Shown in pieces: positions 62,288-64,000 of a DNA stretch of 64,000 nt. The stretch comes from Pyrinomonadaceae bacterium. GTDB lineage: Bacteria > Acidobacteriota > Blastocatellia > Pyrinomonadales > Pyrinomonadaceae. Made by a program: the position numbers and the translations under genes. Every line of letters begins with the position of its first letter. Within the stretch, counting starts at the first letter, position 1. A model generated the notes under the pieces. It had not been told where the DNA came from, ran no database searches, and saw nothing but the letters and a program-made list of their open reading frames with translations. Location of the stretch: NCBI GenBank assembly GCA_035941045.1, contig DASZEK010000198.1, positions 660-64,659 of the forward strand. Direction: 5' to 3'.

Positions 62288-63309
62288 CAACCGTCTCCCC
62301 CCTCGCCCCCTTCGCGCTCGAAGCTCTCGATAACGTCGAGCAGCGTCGCGCGCTCCGACTCGACCGCGACGACGCGCGGGCCGGTCCCGACCAGTGCCCG
62401 CAGCGCGCGGTCCACCAAATCGTCGCCGACCTCGCGCGTGAAGGCGACGACGACGTTCTCGCCCTGCGCTCGCGTCTCGGCGCCGGGCACGACTCCGTCG
62501 AGTAAAGAAGCTGCCTGCTCTTTCGTGGCGTCCGCGACCGTGACGCGCACCCTCTCCTCCTGCCGGCTCGTCGAGCGCAGATGCGCGGGCGTGTCCACGG
62601 CCCTGATGCGCCCGCGGCTGATGACGGCGACGCGGTCGCAGAGCTCTTCGACTTCGGCGAGGTTGTGCGAGGTCAGGAGGATGGTGGCGGGCGGCGTGCC
62701 GCGCGCGAGCGAGCCGATGGTCTCGCGCATCCGGGCGGCGGCGAGCGGGTCGAGCGAGCGCGTCGGCTCGTCGAGCAGGAGGACAGGCGGCGAGTTGAGC
62801 AGAGAGCGCGCGACGGCCATCCGCTGCTTGTTGCCGGTCGAAAGCTCGCCGAAGCGGCGGCGTCGAAGCTCGCCGAGTTCCAGCAGTTCTAAAAGCTCGC
62901 CGATGCGCCGCCGCGTGAGCGCGCCGTCCATGCCGTAGAGGCGCGCGAAGAAGGTTAAGTTCTGTTCGACGGTGAGTCGCCAGTAGAAGCTGCGCTCCTC
63001 GGCCGTCGCCAGTCCCACCTGAGCGCGGACGCGCTCCTCGTCGCGGACGCTGTCGAAGCCGCGCACGCCGACCGAGCCGGAGGTGGGCTGGACGAGCGTG
63101 GCGATAATCTTGGTGAGCGTCGTCTTGCCCGCGCCGTTGCGGCCGATGAGGCCGAAGACTTCGCCCTCGCCGACGCTGATGGAGACGCCTCGCAGGGCCT
63201 CGACCGCGGGCCGCGTCTTCATGCGCATGACGCGCCGGAAGCCGGCCAGCGGGGGCGGGTAGGTCTTCGAGAGGTCTTCGATGGAGATGGCGGCGGGGGC
63301 GTCGGTCAT
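62287..63309 (-). CDS. ABC transporter ATP-binding protein
   Basis: Starts MTDAPAAISIEDLSKTY at ATG 63309. Walker A GRNGAGKTT, signature LSTGNKQRM and Walker B LLLDEPT. About 100-aa C-terminal extension. The upstream Arg-rich 135 codons of the ORF overlap the oppC-like gene and were rejected. Confidence 0.85.
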   Translation of the reverse strand: MTDAPAAISIEDLSKTYPPPLAGFRRVMRMKTRPAVEALRGVSISVGEGEVFGLIGRNGAGKTTLTKIIATLVQPTSGSVGVRGFDSVRDEERVRAQVGLATAEERSFYWRLTVEQNLTFFARLYGMDGALTRRRIGELLELLELGELRRRRFGELSTGNKQRMAVARSLLNSPPVLLLDEPTRSLDPLAAARMRETIGSLARGTPPATILLTSHNLAEVEELCDRVAVISRGRIRAVDTPAHLRSTSRQEERVRVTVADATKEQAASLLDGVVPGAETRAQGENVVVAFTREVGDDLVDRALRALVGTGPRVVAVESERATLLDVIESFEREGGEGGDG

Positions 63310-64000
63310 CGTCTGCGCTGGCGCGGGTCGAGGTACTCGCGCAGGCCGTCGCCGAGGAAGTTGAAGGCGAGCACGGTGAGGGCGATGGCCGCGCCGGGCA
63401 CGAGCATGGCGTGAGGGGCCAGTTGCAGCGTCGTCAGGTCGCGCGCCTCTTCGAGCATCACGCCCCACGAGGGCGCGGGCGGCGGCACGCCCAGGCCGAG
63501 GAACGAGAGCGACGCCTCGGAGAGTACGGCGCCCGCCATGCCGAGGCTCGCCTGCACGATGAGGGGCTGCACGGCGTTCGGCAGGATGTGAACGAACAGG
63601 ATGCGCCAGTCGCGCGCGCCCAGCGCGCGGGCCGCCTGCACGAAGTCGTACTCCCTGACTTTCAAGACCTGCCCGCGCATGACGCGCGCGTAGCCGACCC
63701 AGCCGATGACGCACAGCGCCAGAATCAGCTTGTTAATCCCGGCGCCGAGGAAGGCGACCATCGCGATGGCGAGCAGCAGGCCGGGGAAGGCGAGGAAGAC
63801 GTTGAAGAGGTAGCCCGAGACGATGCGGTCAACCCAGCCGCCGTAGAAGGCGGCGAGCGCCCCGATGGCCGTCCCTATCACCGCCGAGACGGCGACCACC
63901 ACCAGCCCCACGCGCAGCGAGATGCGCGCCCCGTAGACGACGCGCGAGAACACGTCGCGGCCCGTCGCGTCGGTCCCGAGCCAGTGCTCGGCCGAAGGCG
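63306..64000 (-). CDS. Oligopeptide/dipeptide ABC transporter permease (OppC/DppC-like), N-terminus outside the window
   Basis: The frame stays open to the window edge. Sequence ...GTDATGRDVFSRVVYGARISL ... ALGARDWRILFVHILPNAVQPLIV ... LGLGVPPPAPSWG is the typical BPD-transporter inner-membrane component pattern. The stop overlaps the next ATG (ATGA). Confidence 0.8.
   Translation of the reverse strand, partial: PSAEHWLGTDATGRDVFSRVVYGARISLRVGLVVVAVSAVIGTAIGALAAFYGGWVDRIVSGYLFNVFLAFPGLLLAIAMVAFLGAGINKLILALCVIGWVGYARVMRGQVLKVREYDFVQAARALGARDWRILFVHILPNAVQPLIVQASLGMAGAVLSEASLSFLGLGVPPPAPSWGVMLEEARDLTTLQLAPHAMLVPGAAIALTVLAFNFLGDGLREYLDPRQRRR

Noticed and set aside
63310-63714. 135-codon N-terminal extension of the ABC ATPase ORF (MRHRLGRLRARHARAG...)
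   Set aside because: It overlaps the oppC-like permease gene, which has clear family motifs. The extension is Arg-rich junk. The canonical ABC N-terminus starts at ATG 63309, which overlaps the permease stop as ATGA.

Overview
This is a high-GC bacterial chromosomal segment, densely coded. I support about 55 protein genes, 3 tRNA genes, several hairpin terminators, three putative promoters and one candidate riboswitch. No tools or searches were run: every functional call rests on motifs read from the supplied translations and recalled family signatures. The gene content points to an Acidobacteriota-like organism (inference only): two TonB-dependent receptors with carboxypeptidase-regulatory-like N-domains, a VWA protein of the 'Acidobacterial VWFA-related' type, and a BlaI/BlaR1-like pair. 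Housekeeping and metabolic genes include nagA, a fused glcD-glcE plus glcF, gltS, a DsbA-like/VKOR pair, a lytic transglycosylase, OsmC, a bactofilin, HU, rdgB, mtgA, an AI-2E transporter and ABC transporter genes. Envelope and surface systems include a complete pilM-N-O-P-Q cluster followed by a Roadblock/LC7 gene, and a second, orphan TPR-secretin-cohesin gene followed by a hybrid histidine kinase. The items I consider most worth follow-up are: (1) a candidate class-I c-di-GMP (GEMM-I) riboswitch behind a near-consensus promoter in the long pilM leader; (2) a signal-peptide / Ig-like / PT-linker / TM / beta-sandwich / TIR protein with receptor-like topology, followed by an HDAC-family gene; (3) a BlaI, sensor-less M56 (BlaR1-like) and TonB-dependent receptor operon, divergent from a 984-aa M48 protease-beta-propeller protein; (4) a small low-GC islet with an HNH endonuclease and an ORFan wedged between tRNA-His and tRNA-Arg. 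I saw no CRISPR array, rRNA or intact transposase. Many long antisense 'shadow' ORFs in the six-frame track are artefacts of high GC content and were rejected.
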